Shown here: positions 35,901 through 47,631 of the stretch, in pieces
How the letters are laid out: every line of letters begins with the position of its first letter
Numbering within the stretch: position 1 is the stretch's first letter
Assembly (NCBI GenBank): GCA_002269645.1
Contig: NIVC01002095.1
Span: 56,614-120,613 of the forward strand
Reading direction: 5' to 3'
Length of the DNA: 64,000 nucleotides
Source: Macrostomum lignano
Lineage: Eukaryota
Program-made: the position numbers and the translations under genes
The notes under the pieces: generated by a model
Seen by the model: the letters and a program-made list of their open reading frames with translations, nothing else
Database searches by the model: none
What the model was told of the DNA's origin: nothing

Positions 35901-36751
35901 AATGTACATACTAGTGGCTGGGGGAAGGAGTGAATGTACATACTAGTGGCTGGGGGAAGGAGTGAATGTACATACTAGTGGCTGGGGAAGGAGTGAATGT
36001 ACATACTAGTGGCTGGGGAAGGAGTGAATGTACATACTAGTGGCTGGGGAAGGAGTGAATGTACATACTAGTGGCTGGGGAAGGAGTGAATGTACATACT
36101 AGTGGCTGGGGGAAGGAGTGAATGTACATACTAGTGGCTGGGGGAAGGAGTGAATGTACATACTAGTGGCTGGGGAAGGAGTGAATGTACATACTAGTGG
36201 CTGGGGAAGGAGTGAATGTACATACTAGTGGCTGGGGGAAGGAGTGAATGTACATACTAGTGGCTGGGGAAGGAGTGAATGTACATACTAGTGGCTGGGG
36301 GAAGGAGTGAATATACATACTAGTGGCTGGAGGAAGGAGTGAATGTACATACTAGTGGCTGGGGGAAGGAGTGAATGTACATACTAGTGGCTGGGGAAGG
36401 TGAATGTACATACTAGTGGCGGGGGAAGGAGTGAATGTACATACACTTGTGAATAGTTGAATTACATGTCATGTACATCGACACTGGCGGGCTGAGAATT
36501 ACAAACACGCATATCCGCTCGTAAATTGCTAAAACGTACAGTACTAGTGAAAAGTATCGTAGATACTGACCTTCAGTGACTAGTCTACCAAGCAGTCGCT
36601 CGGCTCCAACCTTCAGTATCCAGAACGGATTTGGTCCGCAAGATTGGTGAAGACTTGAACTGGCTGACTCATCGCACAGCAGCCGCTCACGTGTTGACAG
36701 CAACAGCAGCAGCAGCAGCAGCAGACGGGTTGGTCCAATGGAAAAATTCAT
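32953..36751 (-). CDS. Putative small secreted orphan protein, 98 aa, two coding exons
   Basis: ATG 36751 in GCAGCCATGA context with an upstream in-frame TGA; donor AG|GTCAGT after 36571; acceptor acccgcag| at 33068; stop 32953. Product MNFSIGPTRLLLLLLLLLSTRERLLCDE...RLVTE|DEFELLFNRGLVHVKGKKFRRLLKKYQECLLSVENGDF. No family recognised. Confidence 0.45.
33180..36445 (+). repeat. 31/32-bp satellite (GGAGTGAATGTACATACTAGTGGCTGGGGGAA), ~100 copies
   Basis: Direct reading. Confidence 0.98.
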
Positions 36752-36809
36752 GGCTGCTCAACTATCCCTAAGAATGTTGTGTAGTTAGGATATGATATCC
36801 CTGTCTTGA

Positions 36810-39800
36810 CGTGGGCATCTCTTGCTAGAAGTGGACATCCGTGCCTAGAAGTGGACATCCGTGTCTAGAAGTGGACATCCGTGTCTAGAAGTGGACATCT
36901 GTGTCTATAAGTAGACATCTCTGTCTAGAAGTGGACATTTGTATCTAGAATTGGACGTCCCTATCAAGAAGTGGACATCCCTGTCTATAAGTGGATATCT
37001 GTCTAGAAGTGGACATCCGTGTCTATAAGTGGACATCTCTGTCTATAAGTGGACATCCCTGTGTATAAGTGGACACCCGTGTCTAGAAGTGGACATCTCT
37101 GTCTAGAAGTGGACATCCGTGTCTGAAAGTGGACATCTCTGTCTAGAAGTGGACATTTGTGTCTAGAAGTGGACGTCTCTGTCTAGAAGTGGACATCTCT
37201 GTCTATAAGTGGACATTCCTGTGTATAAGTGGACACCCGTGTCTAGAAGTGGACATCTCTGTCTAGAAGTGGACATCCGTGTCTAGAAGTGGACATTCGT
37301 GTCTAGAAGTGGACACCCGTGTCTAGAAGTGGACATCTCTGTCTAGAAGTGGACATCCGTGTCTAGAAGTGGACATTCGTGTCTAGAAGTGGACATTTGT
37401 GTCTAGAAGTGGACGTCTCTGTCTAGAAGTGGACATCCATGTCTAGAAGTGGACATCCCTGTCTAGAAGTGGACATTCGTGTCTTGAAGTGGAAATCCGT
37501 GTCTAGAAGTGGACATCCCTACCTAGAAGTGAACATCCCTACCTAGAAGTGGACATCCCTACCTAGAAGTGGACATCCCTACCTAGAAGTGGACATCCTC
37601 ATCTAGAAGTGAACATCCTCATCTAGAAGTGGACATCCGTGTCTAGAAGTGGACATTCCTGTCTATAAGTGGACATCCCTGTGTATAAGTGGACACCCGT
37701 GTCTAGAAGTGGACATCTCTGTCTATAAGTGGACATCTCTGTCTATAAGTGGACATCCCTGTATATAAGTGGACACCCGTGTCTAGAAGTGGACATCTCT
37801 GTCTAGAAGTGGACATTCGTGTCTAGAAGTGGACATCCGTGTCTTGAAATGGACATCCCTGTCTATAAGTGGACATCTCTGTCTAGAAGTGGACATCCCT
37901 GTCTATAAGTAGACATCCGTGTCTAAAAGTGGACATCTGTCTATAAGTGGAACTCTGTCTATAAGTGGACATCTAGCTGTCTATAAGTGTATATTCCTGT
38001 CTATAAGTAGACACCCGTGTCTAGAAGTGGACATCTCTGTCTAGAAGTGGACATCCGTGTCTAGAAGTGGACATTCGTGTCTAGAAGTGGACATCCGTGT
38101 CTATAAGTGGACATCTCTGTCTATAAGTGGACATCCCTGTGTATAAGTGGACACCCGTGTCTAGAAGTGGACATTTCTGTCTAGAAGTGGACATCCGTGT
38201 CTGAAAGTGGACATTCGTGTCTAGAAGTGGAATCCGTGTCTGGAAGTGGACATTTGTGTCTAGAAGTGGACATCTGTCTAGAAGTGGACATCCCTGTGTA
38301 TAAGTGGACACCCGTGTCTATAAGTGGACATCTCTGTCTAGAAGTGGAAATCCGTGTCTATAAGTGGACCTCTCTGTCTAGAAGTGGACATCCCTGTCTA
38401 GAAGTGGACATCCCTGTCTATAAGTGGACATCTCTGTCTATAAGTGGACATTCCTGTGTATAAGTGGACACCCGTGTCTAGAAGTGGACATTCGTGTCTA
38501 GAAGTGGACATCCGTGTCTAGAAGTGGACATTCGTGTCTAGAAGTGGACATCCGTGTCTTGAAGTGGACATCCCTGTCTATAAGTGGACATCTGTCTAGA
38601 AGTGGACATCCCTGTCTATAAGTGGACATCTCTCTCTAGAAGTGGACATCACTGTCTAGAAGTGGACATCCCTATCTGGAAGTTGACATCCGTGTCTAGA
38701 AGTAGACATCCGCGTCTAGAAGTGTATATCCGTGTCTAGAAGTGGACATCTGTGTCTAGAAGTGGACATCCGTGTCTAGAAGTGGACATTCGTGTCTAGA
38801 AGTGGACATCCGTGTCTTGAAGTGGACATCTGTCTAGAAGTGGACATCTGTCTATAAGTGGACATCTGTCTAGAAGTTGACATCCCTGTCTATAAGTGGA
38901 CATCCCTGTCTATAAGTGGACCTCTCTGTCTAGAAGTGAACATCCCTGTCTATAAGTGGACACCCGTGTCTAGAAGTGGACATTTCTGTCTAGAAGTGGA
39001 CATCCGTGTCTGAAAGTGGACATTCGTGTCTAGAAGTGGAATCCGTGTCTGGAAGTGGACATCCGTGTCTAGAAGTGGACATCTGTCTAGAAGTGGACAT
39101 CCCTGTGTATAAGTGGACACCCGTGTCTATAAGTGGACATCTCTGTCTAGAAGTGGACATCCCTGTCTAGAAGTGGACATCCCTGTCTATAAGTGGACAT
39201 CTCTGTCTATAAGTGGACATTCCTGTGTATAAGTGGACACCCGTGTCTAGAAGTGGACATCTCTGTCTAGAAGTGGACATCCGTGTCTAGAAGTGGACAT
39301 TCGTGTCTAGAAGTGGACATCCGTGTCTAGAAGTGGACATTCGTGTCTAGAAGTGGACATCCGTGTCTTGAAGTGGACATCCCTGTCTATAAGTGGACAT
39401 CTGTCTAGAAGTGGACATCCCTGTCTATAAGTGGACATCTCTCTCTAGAAGTGGACATCACTGTCTAGAAGTGGACATCCCTATCTGGAAGTTGACATCC
39501 GTGTCTAGAAGTAGACATCCGCGTCTAGAAGTGTATATCCGTGTCTAGAAGTGGACATCTGTGTCTAGAAGTGGACATCCGTGTCTAGAAGTGGACATTC
39601 GTGTCTAGAAGTGGACATCCGTGTCTTGAAGTGGACATCTGTCTAGAAGTGGACATCTGTCTATAAGTGGACATCTGTCTAGAAGTTGACATCCCTGTCT
39701 ATAAGTGGACATCCCTGTGTATAAGTGGACACCCGTGTCTAGAAGTGGACATTTCTGTCTAGAAGTGGACATCCGTGTCTGAAAGTGGACATTCGTGTCT

Positions 39801-42100
39801 AGAAGTGGAATCCGTGTCTGGAAGTGGACATTCGTGTCTAGAAGTGGACATCCGTGTCTTGAAATGGACATCCCTGTCTATAAGTGGACATCTGTCTAGA
39901 AGTGGACATTTGTGTCTAGAAGTGGACGTCTCTGTCTAGAAGTGGACATCCCTGTCTATAAGTGGACCTCTCTGTCTAGAAGTGAACATCCCTGTCTATA
40001 AGTGGACATCTCTGTCTATAAGTGGACATTCCTGTGTATAAGTGGACACCCGTGTCTAGAAGTGGACATCTCTGTCTAGAAGTGGACATCCGTGTCTAGA
40101 AGTGGACATTCGTGTCTAGAAGTGGACACCCGTGTCTAGAAGTGGACATCTCTGTCTAGAAGTGGACATCCGTGTCTGAAAGTGGACATTCGTGTCTAGA
40201 AGTGGAATCCGTGTCTGGAAGTGGACATTTGTGTCTAGAAGTGGACATCTGTCTAGAAGTGGACATCCCTGTGTATAAGTGGACACCCGTGTCTATAAGT
40301 GGACATCTCTGTCTAGAAGTGGAAATCCGTGTCTATAAGTGGACCTCTCTGTCTAGAAGTGGACATCCCTGTCTAGAAGTGGACATCCCTGTCTATAAGT
40401 GGACATCTCTGTCTATAAGTGGACATTCCTGTGTATAAGTGGACACCCGTGTCTAGAAGTGGACATCTCTGTCTAGAAGTGGACATCCGTGTCTAGAAGT
40501 GGACATTCGTGTCTAGAAGTGGACATCCGTGTCTTGAAGTGGACATCCCTGTCTATAAGTGGACATCTGTCTAGAAGTGGACATCCCTGTCTATAAGTGG
40601 ACATCTCTCTCTAGAAGTGGACATCACTGTCTAGAAGTGGACATCCCTATCTGGAAGTTGACATCCGTGTCTAGAAGTAGACATCCGCGTCTAGAAGTGT
40701 ATATCCGTGTCTAGAAGTGGACATCTGTGTCTAGAAGTGGACATCCGTGTCTAGAAGTGGACATTCGTGTCTAGAAGTGGACATCCGTGTCTTGAAGTGG
40801 ACATCTGTCTAGAAGTGGACATCTGTCTATAAGTGGACATCTGTCTAGAAGTTGACATCCCTGTCTATAAGTGGACATCCCTGTGTATAAGTGGACACCC
40901 GTGTCTAGAAGTGGACATTTCTGTCTAGAAGTGGACATCCGTGTCTGAAAGTGGACATTCGTGTCTAGAAGTGGAATCCGTGTCTGGAAGTGGACATTCG
41001 TGTCTAGAAGTGAACATCCGTGTCTTGAAATGGACATCCCTGTCTATAAGTGGACATTCCTGTGTATAAGTGGACACCCGTGTCTAGAAGTGGACATCTC
41101 TGTCTAGAAGTGGACATCCGTGTCTAGAAGTGGACATCCGTGTCTGAAAGTGGACATTCGTGTCTAGAAGTGGAATCCGTGTCTGGAAGTGGACATTTGT
41201 GTCTAGAAGTGGACATCTGTCTAGAAGTGGACATCCCTGTGTATAAGTGGACACCCGTGTCTATAAGTGGACATCTCTGTCTAGAAGTGGAAATCCGTGT
41301 CTATAAGTGGACCTCTCTGTCTAGAAGTGGACATCCCTGTCTAGAAGTGGACATCCCTGTCTATAAGTGGACATCTCTGTCTATAAGTGGACATTCCTGT
41401 GTATAAGTGGACACCCGTGTCTAGAAGTGGACATCTCTGTCTAGAAGTGGACATCCGTGTCTAGAAGTGGACATTCGTGTCTAGAAGTGGACATCCGTGT
41501 CTTGAAGTGGACATCCCTGTCTATAAGTGGACATCTGTCTAGAAGTGGACATCCCTGTCTATAAGTGGACATCTCTCTCTAGAAGTGGACATCACTGTCT
41601 AGAAGTGGACATCCCTATCTGGAAGTTGACATCCGTGTCTAGAAGTAGACATCCGCGTCTAGAAGTGTATATCCGTGTCTAGAAGTGGACATCTGTGTCT
41701 AGAAGTGGACATCCGCGTCTAGAAGTGGACATTCGTGTCTAGAAGTGGACATCCGTGTCTTGAAGTGGACATCTGTCTAGAAGTGGACATCTGTCTATAA
41801 GTGGACATCTGTCTAGAAGTTGACATCCCTGTCTATAAGTGGACATCTCTGTCTAGAAGTTGACATCCGTGTCTTGAAGTGGACATCCGTGCCTAGAAAA
41901 GGATATCCGTGTCTAGAAGTGAACATCCGTGCCTAGAAAAGGACATCCGTGTCTAGAAAAGGACATCCGTGTCTAAAAGTGGACATCCGTGTCTAGAAGT
42001 AGACATCCGCGTCTAGAAGTGGATATCCGTGTCTAGAAGTGGACATCCGTGTCTAGAAGTGGACATCCGTGTTTAGAAGTGGACATCCCTGTCTAGAAGC
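36810..42100 (+). repeat. 19/20-bp satellite (GTCTAGAAGTGGACATCCGT), ~5.3 kb, with block duplications
   Basis: Identical 88-aa spurious ORFs at 38197, 40172 and 41140. Confidence 0.98.
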
Positions 42101-42994
42101 GCCTCACTTGTAAATAGACGGCTGCAATGCATTCAATATTTTTCAAAAATACCTAATTTTAGAATACGCCGTCCAATTAAATAAACCAGGTCTGTCTAAT
42201 TAGCGATAAATTAATAAATCGCTTCACTAAGCAGCAATGAGACAAGCCATCCTAAGGAAATAACCCAAGAATAAAAAAATAACAGCATTGGCTTGTCACT
42301 CACCGTATCCTGAAAGGTTGATACCTGTCTCTATGACTGCTCCGGTGTTCAGGCCCTCAAAAGATATTCCTAGGTACCGAAACAAGCAGAAAAGCAGTTG
42401 ATAATATAGACAGCAGGTAGACCTTGGATGGGACCAGTCGTGCGCAGACTCGGGATCAATCAGCGATATCCAATTAAAATTAATCCAGGGGAATATTGAC
42501 GAGCCATTGGAGAGTGGAGACGCAATCCTAAAAATTAAAATCCACTGCATGAACCAGCGCGTGTAGCATGCATGGCGCATGTCCTGGTCCTGCTACATGT
42601 ACATATTTGGTGCCAACGTTGAAGCGCCAGCCACATTTTGGTGCTATCCGGATATTTTGGCATCGGGAGAGCCTCATTTTGGCGAGATTTTAGACGTTAA
42701 AGGCACCCGCCACATTGGGCTAAAAAACAAACGAAGCACTTATAGAAACGGTGGCCGTGTCTACAATGTTGGAGCTTATAGGCACCTCCGCCGTGTAAGC
42801 ACACATGGTACCGTTGCTTTAAATTTTGGCAATAATGAGACCGCCGCAGTCTCCAGTGTCGAATGGATTCTATATTAGGGACACGGCCACCCTCCGTGTC
42901 TTTAAGTGGGGACTCATTTAATATTAATGACATGGCCGCTGGCGCTGTGCAGACTTCATTGACACGGCCGCTGTCTCCAGTGGGAGACGCATTC

Positions 42995-43830
42995 TATATT
43001 GTACGGACACAGCCGGTCGGCCGCCGTATCTATAAGTATGGACCTAATCACAATTAGAGACACAGCCGCCGTATCTATAAGTATGGACCTAATCACAATT
43101 AGAGACACAGCCGCCGTATCTATAAGTATGGACCTAATCACAATTAGAGTCACAGCCGCCGTTTCTATAAGTATGGACCTAATCACAATTAGAGACACAG
43201 CCGCCGTATCTATAAGTATGGACCTAATCACAATTAGAGACACAGCCGCCGTATCTATAAGTATGGACCTAATCACAATTAGAGACACAGCCGCCGTATC
43301 TATAAGTATGGACCTAATCACAATTAGAGACACAGCCGCCGTATCTATAAGTATGGACCTAATCACAATTAGAGACACAGCCGCCGTATCTATAAGTATG
43401 GACCTAATCACAATTAGAGACACAGCCGCCGTATCTATAAGTATGGACCTAATCACAATTAGAGTCACAGCCGCCGTATCTATAAGTATGGACCTAATCA
43501 CAATTAGAGTCACAGCCGCCGTTTCTATAAGTATGGACCTAATCACAATTAGAGACACAGCCGCCGTTTCTATAAGTATGGACCTAATCACAATTAGAGA
43601 CACAGCCGCCGTTTCTATAAGTATGGACCTAATCACAATTAGAGACACAGCCGCCGTATCTATAAGTATGGACCTAATCACAATTAGAGACACAGCCGCC
43701 GTTTCTATAAGTATGGACCTAATCACAATTAGAGACACAGCCGCCGTATCTATAAGTATGGACCTAATCACAATTAGAGACACAGCCGCCGTTTCTATAA
43801 GTTTTTGGATTATAGACACGGCCGCCGTGT
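42995..43830 (+). repeat. 45-bp minisatellite (GACACAGCCGCCGTATCTATAAGTATGGACCTAATCACAATTAGA), ~18 copies
   Basis: Direct reading; very homogeneous. Confidence 0.97.
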
Positions 43831-44339
43831 CTCTAAGTGTGTCAAAAAGCAAAAGGAGACTCAAGGTAAAATAACTAAAGGAAAAAAAGTATTACTGATT
43901 GATGATTCAGCACCGATAATAATGAGCAGAGCGAACCGGATGATGTTAAGAAGTTCTGCATCATTGGGGCACTGATGAAACTCATAATATATATTGTGTC
44001 ATACTTAGGGCCGGATTACTCGCTGTCTTTTAGCTAAGTGAAAAACTGCAAAAAATCAACATTTAAAAATGGAGGCGACTGTCTGCGAAACACCTGCACC
44101 GATTTAGTAGATTGACAACCGAGAAAAAGTATCGACTAATATAAAAAATTGCCAATGCATAAAATGGATTACGATAATAATAATAATAATTCGTATTTTA
44201 GCTACTAGCTTCGAAAATTAAGTTGCAATTCTAATCTAAAATGAAATTATAATATATTTTTGTTATTCTGGCTAATAAAATAAATAACTATATTTTTCCA
44301 CTGACTAACGCACATCTCGTGATACCATATGGCTTACTC

Positions 44340-44560
44340 TGCACCGGGGGGTAGAAAGACGAAGGAATGTACGAGCGTACATTCAGTCCAATTATAGGCC
44401 ACCATTTTCTCTCCACCGGGGGGTAGAAAGACGAAGGAATGTACATTCAGTCCAACTAGGCCACCGTTTTCTCTACGCCGGGGGTTAGAAAGACGAAGGA
44501 ACGTACATTCAGTCCAACTAGGCCACCGTTATCACTACTGCGGGGGTAGAAAGAACGAAT
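44340..44560 (+). repeat. ~58-bp diverged tandem repeat (GGGGGTAGAAAGACGAAGGAATGTAC...), 3-4 copies
   Basis: Direct reading. Confidence 0.8.
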
Positions 44561-45015
44561 GTACATGTACATCATTTTAAGTGACACTTTCTCAGATAAT
44601 TAGAAGCCAAGAAAGTACATTCTAAGGAGAGTATTGGTTTTGAAAACTTTCCGAACCCCTCTCCCCTTGAATGTACGTACATTGAATAACGCCCACATAA
44701 ACATCTTTCTAAACTATCCTAATTTAGAAATCAACAGCAAAATCGATGCGAACACAGATTTAATAAAACTGACTAAGGAATGCTAGAGACGAAGTTAGTA
44801 AGCGCTACCACACTACAGTACAGTACTGCATATATTCAACCACCAGCAATAGATGACAATTATATAGATTTTTATTTTAACTTTCTAGAAAAGCGGAACT
44901 ACTTCTAATAATAACCTACATAAATCATAAGAGTGATTGCAGATTTCAAACAAACAAAAACACGCCTTAATATAATCTGTGTTGTTTTTATCCGACTCTG
45001 CGGTGTATTATTCAT

Positions 45016-45866
45016 TTAATTAATCTCGGGCACGACCACAACAGGCCGGCAGGAGTGCTGCAGCACGTAGTCGCTGACCGAACCCAATATGGTCCGCCTG
45101 ATGCCGTTGTTACCACGGCAACCGACCACAACAACGTTGGCGGCGTATTTGCGAGCGGCTTCAACGATAGTAGCGCCCGGGGTACCGGCTTCGGACACGA
45201 ACTTGCAGTGAAGGCGGCGCTTCTCGCACTGGGCCATCAGCTCTTGGCTGAGCTGCTGCGAGCGCTGCTTGAGCTGGCGGCCCTGCTTCTCATATTCTTC
45301 GTAGTCGAATGTGCTGTGGGCGGCGGCGGAGTAGGGCGGCTTTTAGATGTCTGTCTCTGTCTGTGTGTCTGTCTCTCTGTCTGCTTGCCTGTCTGTGTCT
45401 GTCTGTCTGCTTGCCTGTCTGTGTGTCTGTCTGTCTGCTTGCCTGTCTGTGTGCCTGTCTGTCTGCTTGCCTGTCTGTGTGCCTGTCTGTCTGCTTGCCT
45501 GTCTGTCTGCCTGTATGTCGTTTTTTATCAGGCAGTCAGGCAGTCAGTCAGTCAGTCAGTCAGTCAGTCAGTCAGTCAGTCAGTCAGTCAGTCAGTCAGT
45601 TAGTCAGTCACAGTCACTCACCCAGACGGGGACAGCAGCAGTCCCGTGAGCACATTGGGTGCCTCCATGGAGTGCAGCAGGATGATGCTGTCACTCTGGC
45701 TGCCCGGCATGCTGCTCCAGTAGTCGAAGGCGCGCTGCGCGCCTTTCGAGCCGTCAACGGCGATGAGAACGCGCCGTTCCGGGCGCGGAATGTCGGCCCC
45801 AGCGCCGGGTTCGGAGGCGGCGGCAACGGTTGAAGCCCAGCGTTGGTTGCTATGGTACCCGCCCAT
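45016..45866 (-). CDS. Universal stress protein (UspA domain), 180 aa
   Basis: Exons 45866-45622 and 45313-45016 (phase-2 GT-AG intron). RRVLIAVDGS..AQRAFDY, IILLHSME and the ATP-binding-type motif VVVGCRGNNGIRRTILGSVSDYVLQHSCRPVVVVP. Confidence 0.93.
45350..45615 (+). repeat. (CTGT)n and (CAGT)n microsatellites in the USP intron
   Basis: Direct reading. Confidence 0.95.
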
Positions 45867-46149
45867 TTCGTTTTATTACCCTTAACACTGGAAACAAAAA
45901 ACAATTGAATCATAACACCGGTTGCCTTATTTGCTATCAACTAAAAACTTGCCGATATGTATCGAAAAATTTATTTTAAAAATGAAGCAAGACCAACTAA
46001 ATTAAATTAGGTGTAATAAATTTATTTACATAACTCTGTTAAAGTACATTTTAATTATTGAAATGCAACTTCTGCACGGACTAATTTAGGGAAAATAATA
46101 TAGTACAGAGATAATGAGCTAACTTGATTTATATTTGATCAATCCGAAA

Positions 46150-47560
46150 CAATTAGCTAACTATCCCCATTAGGGATATTTTGAGAGTAGCCAGTTATCC
46201 CATTAGGGATATTTTGAGAGTAGCCAATTAGGGATTAGGGAATATCCATTAGGGATATTTTGAGAGTAGCTAATTATCCCCACGGGATATTTTGAGTGTA
46301 GCCAATTACCCCATTAGGGATATTTTGAGAGTAGCCAATTATCCTCATTAGGGATATTTTGAGTGTAGCCAACTATCCCCATTAGGGATATTTTGAGAGT
46401 AGCCAATTACCCCATTAGGGATATTTTGAGAGTAGCCAATTAGGGATTAGGGAATATCCATTAGGGATATTTTGAGAGTAGCTAATTATCCCCATTAGGG
46501 ATATTTTGAGTGTAGCCAATTACCCCATTAGGGATATTTTGAGTGTAGCCAACTATCCCCATTAGGGATATTTTGAGTGTAGCCAATTACCCCATTAGGG
46601 ATATTTTGAGAGTGGCCAATTACCCAATTAGGGATATTTTGAGAGTAGCCAATTAGGGATTAGGGAATATCCATTAGGGATATTTTGAGAGTAGCCAATT
46701 AGGGATTAGGGAATATCCATTAGGGATATTTTGAGAGTAGCTAATTATCCTCATTAGGGATATTTTGAGTGTAGCTAATTATCCCCATTAGGGATATTTT
46801 GAGTGTAGCTAATTATCCCCATTAGGGATATTTTGAGAGTAGCCAATTACCCCATTAGGGATATTTTGAGAGTGGCCAATTACCCCATTAGGGATATTTT
46901 GAGAGTGGCCAATTACCCAATTAGGGATATTTTGAGAGTAGCCAATTAGGGATTAGGGAATATCCATTAGGGATATTTTGAGAGTAGCCAATTAGGGATT
47001 AGGGAATATCCATTAGGGATATTTTGAGAGTAGCTAATTATCCTCATTAGGGATATTTTGAGTGTAGCTAATTATCCCCATTAGGGATATTTTGAGTGTA
47101 GCTAATTATCCCCATTAGGGATATTTTGAGAGTAGCCAATTACCCCATTAGGGATATTTTGAGAGTAGCCAATTACCCCATTAGGGATATTTTGAGAGTA
47201 GCCAATTACCCCATTTGGGATATTTTGAGAGTAGCCAATTAGGGATTAGGGAATATCCATTAAGGATATTTTGAGAGTAGCTAATTATCCCCATTAGGGA
47301 TATTTTGAGAGTAGCTTATTATCCCCATTAGGGATATTTTGAGAGTATTTTGAGAGTAGCAATTACCCATTAGGGATATTTTGAGAGTAGCCAATTAGGG
47401 ATTAGGGAATATCCATTAGGGATATTTTGAGAGTAGCTAATTATCCCCATTAGGGATATTTTGAGAGTAGCTAATTATCCCCAATTAGGGATATTTTGAG
47501 AGTAGCCAATTATCCCCAATTAAGGATATTTTGAGAGTAGCCAACTATATTGGGATATTT
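46150..47560 (+). repeat. 33-34-bp satellite (TTAGGGATATTTTGAGAGTAGCCAATTACCCCA)
   Basis: Direct reading; immediately downstream of the ITFG2 stop. Confidence 0.96.
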
Positions 47561-47631
47561 TGATGTTCCATGGGGATATACTGACTAGTAGATCCAAGAA
47601 TTATTCTAGTTCAATCTCGAATCACGACCTT

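Noticed and set aside
22093-42100. Long regular repeat arrays as CRISPR arrays
   Set aside because: Units abut directly with no unique spacers, there are no cas genes, and the context is eukaryotic and intronic.
43895-43985. C/D snoRNA or hammerhead ribozyme (TGATGA...ATGATG...CTGATGA)
   Set aside because: Boxes are plausible, but there is no terminal stem, only an 8-nt match (TAATGAGC) to 18S out of register, and no hammerhead stem II/GAAA core. A snoscan run could revisit it.
45016-45866. Bacterial contamination or recent HGT of usp
   Set aside because: GT-AG intron with microsatellites and host-like codon style.
46150-47560. Interstitial telomere
   Set aside because: TTAGGG occurs once or twice per 33-bp unit, not as tandem hexamers.
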